NCBI GenBank assembly: GCA_023426575.1
Contig: JAFAAL010000012.1
Location: 68,270-132,269, forward strand
Length of the DNA stretch: 64,000 nucleotides
From: Bacillota bacterium
Lineage (GTDB): Bacteria > Bacillota > Clostridia > Saccharofermentanales > DTU023
Reading direction: 5' to 3'
Position 1 is the first letter of the stretch. Every line of letters starts with the position of its first letter. Made by a program: the position numbers and the translations under genes. The notes beneath the pieces are model-generated. The model ran no database searches and had not been told where the DNA came from. It saw only the letters and a list, made by a program, of their open reading frames with translations. Below are positions 46,235 through 55,000 of this stretch, in pieces.

Positions 46235-48109
46235 TCAACATTTCAAGTTACTCTCGAAGTATAATAACAGTTTTTTCTGAATGTTAAAAGTGTCTAATCC
46301 ACTTTTCTGCAGAAGCTCGGATCGCTGACCACTACAATCGAGAGCAGGCGGTATCGCAATATCTAGAAAATGGGGCCAGAGACCGTTCTGAGCACATTCT
46401 TGGATGATGAATGCACCGAAGCTGAGGGGCTGAACTGTCTCGCTGATACAGATGAGATGTCCCGTTTTCCGTAACGACTGAATAATTTCATCATCTAGGC
46501 TGCGCGGGAGTGCCGCGAGCGAAAAGAGATCGCCGAGGAGGTGGCGGCTGCCCGGATCATTGAGAATCGGAGCAATCTCATGACAGAGCGTCCCCCACAC
46601 AAGCGTTGTCACCTTACCCTCACTCTGCACTCTCAAGCACTCTTCAGGCCTCTCATGAGGCCTCGCAGAAGTAGAAAAAGAAAGATTCAAAGCCTCCCCC
46701 TTGGGGTAGCGCATGAGTATCGGGCGCGGCTTCGCAAGGTAGGAGTCAAAAATAGCTCTGACGTCTCGCTCATCACGCGGGGCATAGACGTCGAGCATCG
46801 GTAGATTTGCAGCCAGAGCAAAATCATGGAGTCCCTGGTGTGTCTCGCCATCGGCCGGGACGAGTCCCGCGCGGTCGACAGCCAGGAGGACTGGTAGATT
46901 CTGCAGGGCTATATCGTGAATGAGCTGATCAAAAGATCTCTGGAGGAAGGTGGAATAGAGGGCCAGGATGGGCAGTGCCCCTCCAGCGGCAAGAGCTGCA
47001 GCCATACAGGTCGCGTGCTGCTCGGCTATCCCGACGTCGAAGAAGCGCTCGGGGTAATGACTCGCAAATTCCGCGAGACCTGTGCCTCCAGGCATCGCAG
47101 CTGTAATGGCACAGATTCGCGGATCTCGCTTTGCAGCTCTCAGAGCATTTTCGCCGAGAAGATCCGAAAAAGTCTTAGCCTTTCCTTGGCTTGTCTTGAG
47201 GCCTGCCTCCACTTCGAAGTGACCGACGCCATGGTAAGTCTCCGGCTTCTCTTCGGCATAGGGGTAACCTCTCCCCTTGACGGTGTAAATATGGAGAATC
47301 TTGGGACCAGGAATCCTCTTTAGGGCCTGGAGATACCTCTCGAGCGTCGGTATATCATGTCCATCGATGGGTCCATAATAGCGCCAGTTGAGGCTTTCGA
47401 ATAAGAGGCCAGTACGACGATAGAGCAGACGATCTAGCGACTTGAATCTGCGCAGGCGATTCAATAGGAGCGGATGGGTCTCCAGGCGCGGGCGCCACTT
47501 TCTTTTAAAGCTCTGGTAATCCTCCTTGATGCGGAATTCACCGAGCCTCTTCCCGAGGGCTCCGACATTCGGCGCAATTGACATCTCGTTGTCATTCAAA
47601 ATGACAAGAACATCGTCATCAGGGCCAGCATCATTCAGCGCCTCAAAGGCCATTCCTCCGCCCATGGCTCCGTCGCCAGTCACGGCAATAACCAAGCCGC
47701 TCCGTCCCTGGAGGCGCTTGGCGCGAGCTAGGCCGAGCGCGGCAGAAATTGATGTCGAAGCGTGCCCCGTATCGAAGAAGTCATAGGGCGATTCACAGCG
47801 CTTGGGGAAGCCTGAGAGGCCACCACATTGGCGCAAAGTGTGAAAAGCCTCCTGCCGCTCTGTGATGAGCTTCCAGGCATAGGCCTGGTGTCCGACGTCA
47901 AAGACAATCTCGGACTCCCTCTCAAAGTCAAAGCTCCTCGCCAGAGCTAAGGTCAATTCGATGACACCCAGGTTGGAGGCCAGATGTCCTCCATTTTTTG
48001 AGACGCGCTCAATAATGACCTGGCGCAATTCTGACGCGAGCTCATTGAGTTCAGCGGCGCTGAGTGAGTGGATATCTCTCGGAGAGTGGATGTGGCTCAA
48101 AATACTCAA
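46235..48109 (-). CDS. dxs: 1-deoxy-D-xylulose-5-phosphate synthase
   Basis: 624 aa with GGHLASNLGVIELTLAL and the TPP motif GDGAMGGGMAFEALN. The TTG start abuts the ispA stop. Confidence 0.97.
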   Translation of the reverse strand: MSILSHIHSPRDIHSLSAAELNELASELRQVIIERVSKNGGHLASNLGVIELTLALARSFDFERESEIVFDVGHQAYAWKLITERQEAFHTLRQCGGLSGFPKRCESPYDFFDTGHASTSISAALGLARAKRLQGRSGLVIAVTGDGAMGGGMAFEALNDAGPDDDVLVILNDNEMSIAPNVGALGKRLGEFRIKEDYQSFKRKWRPRLETHPLLLNRLRRFKSLDRLLYRRTGLLFESLNWRYYGPIDGHDIPTLERYLQALKRIPGPKILHIYTVKGRGYPYAEEKPETYHGVGHFEVEAGLKTSQGKAKTFSDLLGENALRAAKRDPRICAITAAMPGGTGLAEFASHYPERFFDVGIAEQHATCMAAALAAGGALPILALYSTFLQRSFDQLIHDIALQNLPVLLAVDRAGLVPADGETHQGLHDFALAANLPMLDVYAPRDERDVRAIFDSYLAKPRPILMRYPKGEALNLSFSTSARPHERPEECLRVQSEGKVTTLVWGTLCHEIAPILNDPGSRHLLGDLFSLAALPRSLDDEIIQSLRKTGHLICISETVQPLSFGAFIIQECAQNGLWPHFLDIAIPPALDCSGQRSELLQKSGLDTFNIQKKLLLYFESNLKC

Positions 48110-49003
48110 TTAATAAGTTCTCTCTAGGATATAGGCCGTCAGAGACTGGAGCTCGCGGGTATCCAGGCCAGGCAGGGCTTCGATGTGGGCGAGCTTTTGG
48201 TAGACGACTTGTTTTAAGCGCAGATAATTCTCCTCAGCCGCCTGGAGACCAAGAAGGCGCGGCTCTGTCGGCTTCGCCAGATCACGACCGCTGCTCTTTT
48301 GAAGTTCGGATTCTGCTTTGGCGTAGTCGAAGATATCATCGAGGGCCTGATATGCCTGACCCAGGCTCTCGGCATAAGCTCTAAAAATGGGCTCATCCGA
48401 AACTGGGGCATGGGCGAGGTCGAGAGGCATGAGAATCGCCGCCTCAAGAAGAGCACCCGTCTTGCGCTCGCGGATCTCTTCGGCGCGAGCGAGGAGGTTT
48501 AGACGATCGAGGGAAGTCTGAGCTCCGCCTGCTTCTGCCTGCAGGTCGAGCCATTGCCCGCCAATCATACCTCTTCCTCCCGCTGCTCTGGCCAGACGCT
48601 GGGCCGCTCTGCGCTCGGCAGAACCCGATACCGCTTGGAAGAGGACCTCGTAGGCAGCATTCAAGAGAGCATCCCCAATTAAGATGGCCAGCCCCTCACC
48701 ATAGACAATGTGACAGGCACTCTTGCCGTGACGCATTTTCGCATCATCCATGGCTGGCAGGTCATCATGGACGAGCGAGTAATTGTGGATGTACTCGAGA
48801 GCGACCATAAAGGGCAAGAGATCCCGCAAGAGGAGACGGTAGGCCCTTCCGACCGCCAAAGTGAGGGCGGGACGCAACATCTTTCCCCCTGAGAGAGCAT
48901 AGGCGAGCGCAGACTGCAAATCTGGCAGCTGGACATCGGGCATCGCTGCATCGAGGGCCTCATGGAAGGCTTTGAGATCTTCGGAATGCCAGGGACTGCT
49001 CAA
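48110..49003 (-). CDS. ispA: (2E,6E)-farnesyl diphosphate synthase / geranyltranstransferase
   Basis: 297 aa with Asp-rich motifs LVHDDLPAMDD and ALDDIFD. The TTG start has GGAGG 5 nt upstream. Confidence 0.9.
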   Translation of the reverse strand: MSSPWHSEDLKAFHEALDAAMPDVQLPDLQSALAYALSGGKMLRPALTLAVGRAYRLLLRDLLPFMVALEYIHNYSLVHDDLPAMDDAKMRHGKSACHIVYGEGLAILIGDALLNAAYEVLFQAVSGSAERRAAQRLARAAGGRGMIGGQWLDLQAEAGGAQTSLDRLNLLARAEEIRERKTGALLEAAILMPLDLAHAPVSDEPIFRAYAESLGQAYQALDDIFDYAKAESELQKSSGRDLAKPTEPRLLGLQAAEENYLRLKQVVYQKLAHIEALPGLDTRELQSLTAYILERTY

Positions 49004-49012
49004 GTCTTCCTC

Positions 49013-49330
49013 CTAGTTCAGATTAAAGGGCAAATCGCCGGAGGGGATGTCAAGATCGACCTCCTCAGGGCCCTCTTCTGTCTTCAAGAGAATTTTTAGG
49101 CGCTGCTCCATCTGGTCCAGCTCATGCGAACAGGCTCGGCTCAAGGCATAACCTCTCTCGAAGTAGACGAGTGAATCCGCAAGACTCAACTTACCACTCT
49201 CGAGGGCACGAACAATCTTTTCGAGCTGCTCCAGGCGCTCCTCAAAACTTAGTTCTTGCCCCTCAGTTCTCTTCTCTGTCTGCGATTCTCGCTGCTGGTT
49301 CTGGGCATTTAGTATCATTTCGTCATCCAT
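49013..49330 (-). CDS. xseB: Exodeoxyribonuclease VII small subunit
   Basis: Core sequence LSFEERLEQLEKIVRALESGKLSLADSL. The start is set at ATG 49330, which overlaps the xseA stop (ATGGATGA). Confidence 0.85.
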   Translation of the reverse strand: MDDEMILNAQNQQRESQTEKRTEGQELSFEERLEQLEKIVRALESGKLSLADSLVYFERGYALSRACSHELDQMEQRLKILLKTEEGPEEVDLDIPSGDLPFNLN

Positions 49331-50744
49331 TTTTCTGTCCTTTCTCTTCTCCAAGAGTCTTTAACTTCTCAGCCAATAGTTCTCCCTTGGCCAAGACGAG
49401 GTGGAAGCTACTGCCATCTTGCAAGCTTTCGGGGTCTAGCAGAGCCTCGCCACTGGCATCGCGTGCGATGGCATATCCCCGTTCGAGGATCTTTTTCGGG
49501 CTCAGTCCCTGCAGGCGCATATCTATAAGTTTGAACTTGTTGACCTCACGCCCCCAAACCTGCGTCATACTCAGTTCGAGACCTCGCAAGAGCTCCGTCC
49601 ATGATTCTGTAGCAGAGGTCATGAAATTGTCATAAGCCCGCTTCAAATCGCGCTCACTTTGTCTTTGACTCTGCCTTGCCGCAGTCAAATGTCGCTCTAC
49701 AATGCTTCTCAAATGACCGAGGGCGAAACTTTGCCTTTGCCCTTGTAAACTGCGAAGCTCTGCCTGATTTTGTGATCTCAGCCTCAGTCTCGCCTCCTGG
49801 AGTCTACGCCTCTGCTCTCGCCAACTTCTCTCCATCGCATGGTGGAGAGATTGCTGTCGGTGGAGAAGCTCTGATCTCGAGGACTGAATTCTCTGAGATT
49901 GAACACGCAAGAGGCGTGATTCGAGCAAATCAATTCGCTGTATCAGAGCTGTCCAGTCGGGGTAGATATCTTTGGCGGCGGCCGTCGGAGTCGCAGAGCG
50001 CCAATCCGAGACAAAATCGGCAATCGTAAAATCCGTCTCGTGACCAATGGCCGAGACGACAATCTTGGGACAGCGGGCAATCGCCCTGGCGAGGGCCTCA
50101 TCATTGAAAGCATTGAGGTCAGAAAATGAGCCGCCGCCTCTGGCCAAGACGATGACATCAATCTCTGGGCGGCAAGCTGCCAATTCCAGAGCCTGGATCA
50201 GTGAGGCAGGCGCAAGTTCCCCCTGGACAAGCGCCGGAATCAACAAGATGTCAAAGGGAGCGTGAAGTTTCTCAGCAGTTGTGATGAAGTCTCTTTGCAC
50301 GGCCCCTGTGGGAGAGGTGATCAGTGCCACGCGAGCAGGAAAGCGCGGGAGTGGACGCTTGCGCTCAGGGGCGAAGAGTCCCTCGCGCTCAAGTTTTTCC
50401 TTGAGGGCGAGAAAGTTTTGGTGGAGCGCTCCCTCACCCTCGAGAGAAATCTCTCGGGCGATAAATTGGAAGCGGCCGTCAGCCTCATAGAGACTGCACC
50501 CTCCGGACAGTGTCACCTCTATCCCGCGCTGGAGCTTGACATCTTGGCGCAGAAGATCGCTTTTAAACATGACAGCGCTGAGACTTGCAAGGTCGTCTTT
50601 AATGGTCATATAGAGGTGGCCACGGGGACTGTATTTGAACTCGGAGATCTCACCTCGCACCTGAGTCCGTCCGAGGATGGGATCTTCCTTTAGTCGTTTG
50701 GCTGCCAAGCGATTGAGTTCAGAGACTGAAAGCACTCTATTCAA
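49323..50744 (-). CDS. xseA: Exodeoxyribonuclease VII large subunit
   Basis: 473 aa with an N-terminal OB fold (LSVSELNRLAAKRL...VRGEISEF), a catalytic core and a helical C-terminus. Confidence 0.93.
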   Translation of the reverse strand: MNRVLSVSELNRLAAKRLKEDPILGRTQVRGEISEFKYSPRGHLYMTIKDDLASLSAVMFKSDLLRQDVKLQRGIEVTLSGGCSLYEADGRFQFIAREISLEGEGALHQNFLALKEKLEREGLFAPERKRPLPRFPARVALITSPTGAVQRDFITTAEKLHAPFDILLIPALVQGELAPASLIQALELAACRPEIDVIVLARGGGSFSDLNAFNDEALARAIARCPKIVVSAIGHETDFTIADFVSDWRSATPTAAAKDIYPDWTALIQRIDLLESRLLRVQSQRIQSSRSELLHRQQSLHHAMERSWREQRRRLQEARLRLRSQNQAELRSLQGQRQSFALGHLRSIVERHLTAARQSQRQSERDLKRAYDNFMTSATESWTELLRGLELSMTQVWGREVNKFKLIDMRLQGLSPKKILERGYAIARDASGEALLDPESLQDGSSFHLVLAKGELLAEKLKTLGEEKGQKNG

Positions 50745-51216
50745 GGCTCTCCTCCTCTGTCAGATAAGAGAGCAAGTCCTGAGCATGAGACGCATCGAGA
50801 GGCATTCCACTCCCCTTGAGCTTGCGCTCTATATGACCCAGGACGGCATTGATGTAGAGACGCGCATCATCATCACAGTAGAGCTTGCTGAGGCGCACGG
50901 CCTCTGCAATTGCGACATTGTTCGGGACATCGTCGACATATAAGATCTCATAGAGAGCGATGCGCAGGATGAGGAGGTCGAGTTTGGGGATGCGCTTGAC
51001 CGTCCAATCGGTCAAATAACAGTCAATGACGCGATCGAGAGCCTCTGCATGTGCTGTCACTCCAGAGATCAGAGTTTTCCAATACTGAAGGTCTGGGGCA
51101 TCGAGCGGATAATCCCGCAGGAAGAGCTCTTGCAATTCCTGAACTGGCGTCGACTGATTGATCAGGTCGCTATAGAGCAGCTTCAGTGCATTTTCACGTG
51201 ATTCTTTACGGGACAT
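50737..51216 (-). CDS. nusB: Transcription antitermination factor NusB
   Basis: 159 aa with SRKESRENALKLLY and AIAEAVRLSKLYCDDDARLYINAVLG. Confidence 0.93.
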   Translation of the reverse strand: MSRKESRENALKLLYSDLINQSTPVQELQELFLRDYPLDAPDLQYWKTLISGVTAHAEALDRVIDCYLTDWTVKRIPKLDLLILRIALYEILYVDDVPNNVAIAEAVRLSKLYCDDDARLYINAVLGHIERKLKGSGMPLDASHAQDLLSYLTEEESLE

Positions 51217-51224
51217 AACGACTC

Positions 51225-51470
51225 CTAGCGAAAATATCCTGGGGGAAAGAGCTTGTCGAGAAAATCTTTAAAGTCATCTAAATTACTCAGATAACGGGTG
51301 CCAAAATAGTAGCCGAGAGCTGTCATAATCAAGATAAAGATTGTCTTAAAGAAGCCGAAGATGACGAGCAGCAGGGCGAGGACAAAAGCATAAAAAGCCC
51401 CCTTTGCACCAGCACTCCCCATCTGGAGGCCCTGGATGAGGTCATTCAGGAAGTTCTTGCGGTTTTGCAT
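51225..51470 (-). CDS. Small two-TM membrane protein (DUF2273-like)
   Basis: 81 aa from ATG 51470. It occupies the position after asp23/amaP that is typical of this stress module. Confidence 0.55.
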   Translation of the reverse strand: MQNRKNFLNDLIQGLQMGSAGAKGAFYAFVLALLLVIFGFFKTIFILIMTALGYYFGTRYLSNLDDFKDFLDKLFPPGYFR

Positions 51471-51474
51471 AGGA

Positions 51475-52011
51475 CTAGCGCTCAACTCTTGCCGCAATCT
51501 CTTCGACCTTGGCGACTTTGACCTCAACCTTTTCGACAGGGAGTCCACTATAGTGCTCAAGATCCTTCTTAACGCGCTCTTGAACACGCGCCATCATCAC
51601 AGGAATCTCGACGTCGGAATAGATGTTGACAGCCAGTGTGACATAGAGCTTGCCCTGGCTGTTGCGGACCTTTGATCTGGCCATCTTGACGCCAGACTGT
51701 GCCGTCTTTGCAGAGTTCAAGGCGATACTTTCGAGGGCATCTGTGGAGACTATAATCGTGCCGATATCCGTCTGGCGCAGGCGCACTCTCGCGCCGATGC
51801 TGCGAACTAAGAGGATGAGAACGAGGCTGAAGACAATGAAGAGGACCAAATATTTGTAGGCAATGTCGCCCTCTGCCATAGTGATCCGACTGAGTGCCTG
51901 GCTAAAGAGGCCCTTGAGTCCAGGGACAACGGAGGTCAAAAAGAGAACTAGAACTAGGAGAGCCGCGAGGCTCAAAATCACGATGGCGATATTGCGGATA
52001 ATTTTCTTCAT
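51475..52011 (-). CDS. amaP: Alkaline shock response membrane anchor protein AmaP-like
   Basis: 178 aa with an N-terminal TM helix; directly downstream of asp23. The call rests mainly on context. Confidence 0.6.
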   Translation of the reverse strand: MKKIIRNIAIVILSLAALLVLVLFLTSVVPGLKGLFSQALSRITMAEGDIAYKYLVLFIVFSLVLILLVRSIGARVRLRQTDIGTIIVSTDALESIALNSAKTAQSGVKMARSKVRNSQGKLYVTLAVNIYSDVEIPVMMARVQERVKKDLEHYSGLPVEKVEVKVAKVEEIAARVER

Positions 52012-52403
52012 GCTTCGACGACCTCAGACCTTTCTTCAGCAGCTTCTGTCATGCCCATGATTTGCACATTGACCTCTTCAACAATCAATCCCGTATAGAG
52101 TTCAACGTCCTTTTTGACCCGCTCTTGGATCTGCCAGGCGACATCGGGCAGGATATAGGAGAAGAAGACGATGGGATAGACCTCAATCTTAACCTTCTGG
52201 GCGGAGCGCTCGGAAAAGACGACGCGCACACCACGCCCCTCGTGTTTGCCGCCAATGGCTTCCTTGAGGGAGATGATCAGACCCGTGTCGAGGGCAGCGA
52301 CCCCGGCCACCTGGCTCGCGGCCTCAGCGGCGTACTGGGCTATGAAGCCCTGCGCCATGCTGCGCTCGCCCTTGACACTAAATTCTGATCTGACTTCGGG
52401 CAT
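52008..52403 (-). CDS. Asp23/Gls24-family envelope stress protein
   Basis: 131 aa with IAQYAAEAASQVAGVAAL and a charged C-terminus. The start overlaps the efp stop (TAATG). Confidence 0.82.
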   Translation of the reverse strand: MPEVRSEFSVKGERSMAQGFIAQYAAEAASQVAGVAALDTGLIISLKEAIGGKHEGRGVRVVFSERSAQKVKIEVYPIVFFSYILPDVAWQIQERVKKDVELYTGLIVEEVNVQIMGMTEAAEERSEVVEA

Positions 52404-52966
52404 TACTTCTTGGCGCGCTCCATGTAGTTCCCCGTACGCGTGTCGATACGCACGATCTCGTGGTTCTCAATAAAGAGCGGCACGCGAATGACTGCTCCAG
52501 TCTCGAGTGTAGCGTTCTTGGTGGCATTCTGCGCTGTATCTCCACGTACACCGGGTTCACACTCGACAATCTCAAGCTCGACAAAGTAGGGCAATTCCAA
52601 TGAGAGAATCTCACCGTCGTGACTTATGACCTTGCAGACCATCCCCTCCTTGAGGAATTTGATGCTATCGCCGATGAGGGAGGGCATGACGGGAATTTGC
52701 TCATAAGTCTCCGTATCCATGAAGTAATAGAGCTCTCCATCATTGTAGATGTAGGACATATCATTGTGCTGAAGTTGCGCATTTTCAAATTTTTCTGTCG
52801 GGTTGAAACTGCGCTCTACAGTTGCGCCCGTCTTGACGTTACGAAACTTAGTCCTGACAAATGCGGCTCCCTTGCCAGGCTTGACGTGTTGGAATTCAAC
52901 CACCTGGCAGACATCGCCGTCCATGATAAAAGTGACACCGTTTCTAAACTCACCTGCTGTAATCAT
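52403..52966 (-). CDS. efp: Elongation factor P
   Basis: Contains [17 protein letters not shown]. The start is set at ATG 52966 ([10 protein letters not shown]), which has GGAGG 5 nt upstream. Confidence 0.97.
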   Translation of the reverse strand: MITAGEFRNGVTFIMDGDVCQVVEFQHVKPGKGAAFVRTKFRNVKTGATVERSFNPTEKFENAQLQHNDMSYIYNDGELYYFMDTETYEQIPVMPSLIGDSIKFLKEGMVCKVISHDGEILSLELPYFVELEIVECEPGVRGDTAQNATKNATLETGAVIRVPLFIENHEIVRIDTRTGNYMERAKK

Positions 52967-53018
52967 AAATACCTCCAAATGGGCGCGCGCTGCGCGTCGC
53001 CGCAAGATCTATACTATT

Positions 53019-53552
53019 TTATGAAATTCTAGTCTTATGAGCAAGCTGAGGGAGTTCCTCGCCCGCCTTAAGAAAAGGGGCCAAGATCTTCTCTAAACAA
53101 CGCTTAGGGCGAATTGACCAGAGTTCGTGCCGAAAGCGCGGCGGCACCTTGACTGCCTTGATTCCTGCCCGGTGGGCCCCCCAGACATCCGTCAAAATCT
53201 GATCGCCGACCATGAGACAGTCCTGACAGCTCAGATCTAACTTATCCATCATCTTGACAATCTCACGGGGATTGGGCTTATGAGCGGGGCTGAGTCCTAA
53301 AACTCCGAGAGCTCTGGCAAAGCGCTCCCCCCTCCCCCCTTTGGCATTGGAGATGACGACCATTTTCAGACCACTCTCCACAATGGCCTCCGCGACCTGC
53401 CTGGCATAGGGGTCGGGACTCTCTGAACCATGAGCGCTCAAAGTATTGTCAAGATCGATAAAAATTGTCTTAAATCCCAGATCTTTAACCGCTCTCCAAT
53501 CCACCTCTCTCAGGTCACACACAGCATAATCCGGGCTCAGAGCTTGCAGCAT
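53019..53552 (-). CDS. yqeG: YqeG-family HAD-IIIA phosphatase
   Basis: 177 aa with HAD motif I IFIDLDNTL and motif III MVGDQILTDV. Confidence 0.83.
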   Translation of the reverse strand: MLQALSPDYAVCDLREVDWRAVKDLGFKTIFIDLDNTLSAHGSESPDPYARQVAEAIVESGLKMVVISNAKGGRGERFARALGVLGLSPAHKPNPREIVKMMDKLDLSCQDCLMVGDQILTDVWGAHRAGIKAVKVPPRFRHELWSIRPKRCLEKILAPFLKAGEELPQLAHKTRIS

Positions 53553-53569
53553 TCTATAACCTCGTTTAC

Positions 53570-53598
53570 TTGTAAATCAGGAGTGATTATAGCATAAT
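53570..53598 (+). promoter_or_regulatory. Candidate promoter for aspartate kinase
   Basis: TTGTAA (53570..53575), a 17-nt spacer, then CATAAT (53593..53598). Confidence 0.4.
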
Positions 53599-53647
53599 CG
53601 ACTCTGTTGATTCGTAGAAGGGAGGGGCGAAGATTTCTTCGTAAACT

Positions 53648-55000
53648 ATGATGAGTAAAGTCTGCAAATTCGGCGGTTCATCGCTTGCCAATGCCGCCCA
53701 GATCGAAAAAGTGATCGAGATCATCGAGATGGATCCCTCACGTCAGTTTATCGTCGTCTCTGCCCCTGGCAAGAGTCGCCCCTCTGAACTCAAGATGACT
53801 GATTTGCTGATTGGCCTCGCAGAAGCCAGGCTGAATGGGCTTGATGGCAAGCGAGAATACGAGTTAATTGCTCGGCGTATCAGTGGCATCTGTCACGACC
53901 TCAAGCTGCCTCCCGAACTTTTAGCAGAAATAGAAGAGAACATTCTTCAGGCAGCCAATGCTTCGACGGCTAACGGCGCCGCCTATGCCGCAGCCCTCAA
54001 GGCGCAGGGCGAGGATGCCTGTGCACGTATCCTTGCTGCAGCCCTGACCCAGGCGGGTATTGAGGCAGACTATATGAGCCCTGAAGAGGCGGGCATCCTC
54101 CTCCACGGCCCCCATGACGATGCCGAAATCGACCCCAAGAGCTATACGCTCTTGAGCCAGTTGCGCTACGAGGAGCGGACCCTTGTCATTCCTGGCTACT
54201 ATGGCATCTCCCAAGAGGGAGAGATTTTGACCTTTTCTCGCGGAGGGTCGGACATCAGTGGCGCCATCATTGCCGCGGGCATCGATGCCCCCGTCTACGA
54301 GATCTGGACGGATGTCGACTCTGTCTTCGCCGCCAGCCCACAACTCGTCGACGAGCCCAAGCAGATTCGCGAACTCTCTTATCGAGAAATGCGTGAACTT
54401 GCCTATCTTGGCGCCTCCGTCGTCCATCCCGAGGCCATGCTCCCCATCTATAACAAGGCTATTCCGATGCACATTCTCAATACGAATAACCCGGATGCCA
54501 AGGGGACGATGATCGTCCGAGAGCGCTCCAATTTTGACGGCGTCGTCACGGGGATCTCTGGCTCGCGCAATTTCTGCTCGCTCAACATCTCTGAGTATCT
54601 TCTCAATCGCCGTGTGGGAATCGTGCGAGATATTTTAGACATCTTAGCCGAAGAGGGCGTCTCCTTTGAGCACATGCCCTCCTCCATCGACTCGATCTCC
54701 ATCATCTTACGCGATGAAAATTTTTCAAAAGCCAAAGAAGAGACCATCATCCGCCGTCTCCAGGAGGAACTTGAGCTTGAGACTGTCGAGGTCGTGCGGG
54801 GTCTCGCGCTCGTCATGCTCGTCGGCGAAGCCATGGCTGATACGGTCGGCGTAACCTCAAGAGCCGTCAACTGTCTCTCTGCTGCTTCCATCTCTCTAGA
54901 GATGATCATCCAGGACCACAGTGAGATGAGTGTCATCTTCGTCGTCGATGGTAAGTTTTGTAACTACGCCATCGAGACCCTCTACTACGAGTACTTCTAG
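53648..55000 (+). CDS. Aspartate kinase (long monofunctional, YclM/AK-III-like)
   Basis: 450 aa with VCKFGGSSLANAAQ and FIVVSAPGK, plus C-terminal ACT-type regulatory repeats. Confidence 0.92.
   Translation: MMSKVCKFGGSSLANAAQIEKVIEIIEMDPSRQFIVVSAPGKSRPSELKMTDLLIGLAEARLNGLDGKREYELIARRISGICHDLKLPPELLAEIEENILQAANASTANGAAYAAALKAQGEDACARILAAALTQAGIEADYMSPEEAGILLHGPHDDAEIDPKSYTLLSQLRYEERTLVIPGYYGISQEGEILTFSRGGSDISGAIIAAGIDAPVYEIWTDVDSVFAASPQLVDEPKQIRELSYREMRELAYLGASVVHPEAMLPIYNKAIPMHILNTNNPDAKGTMIVRERSNFDGVVTGISGSRNFCSLNISEYLLNRRVGIVRDILDILAEEGVSFEHMPSSIDSISIILRDENFSKAKEETIIRRLQEELELETVEVVRGLALVMLVGEAMADTVGVTSRAVNCLSAASISLEMIIQDHSEMSVIFVVDGKFCNYAIETLYYEYF

Noticed and set aside
53553-53647. A possible lysine riboswitch or T-box upstream of aspartate kinase.
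   Set aside because: Only 95 nt separate the divergent genes, and about 45 nt lie downstream of the candidate -10. That is far too short for an L-box (about 180 nt) or a T-box, and no conserved core motifs were seen.
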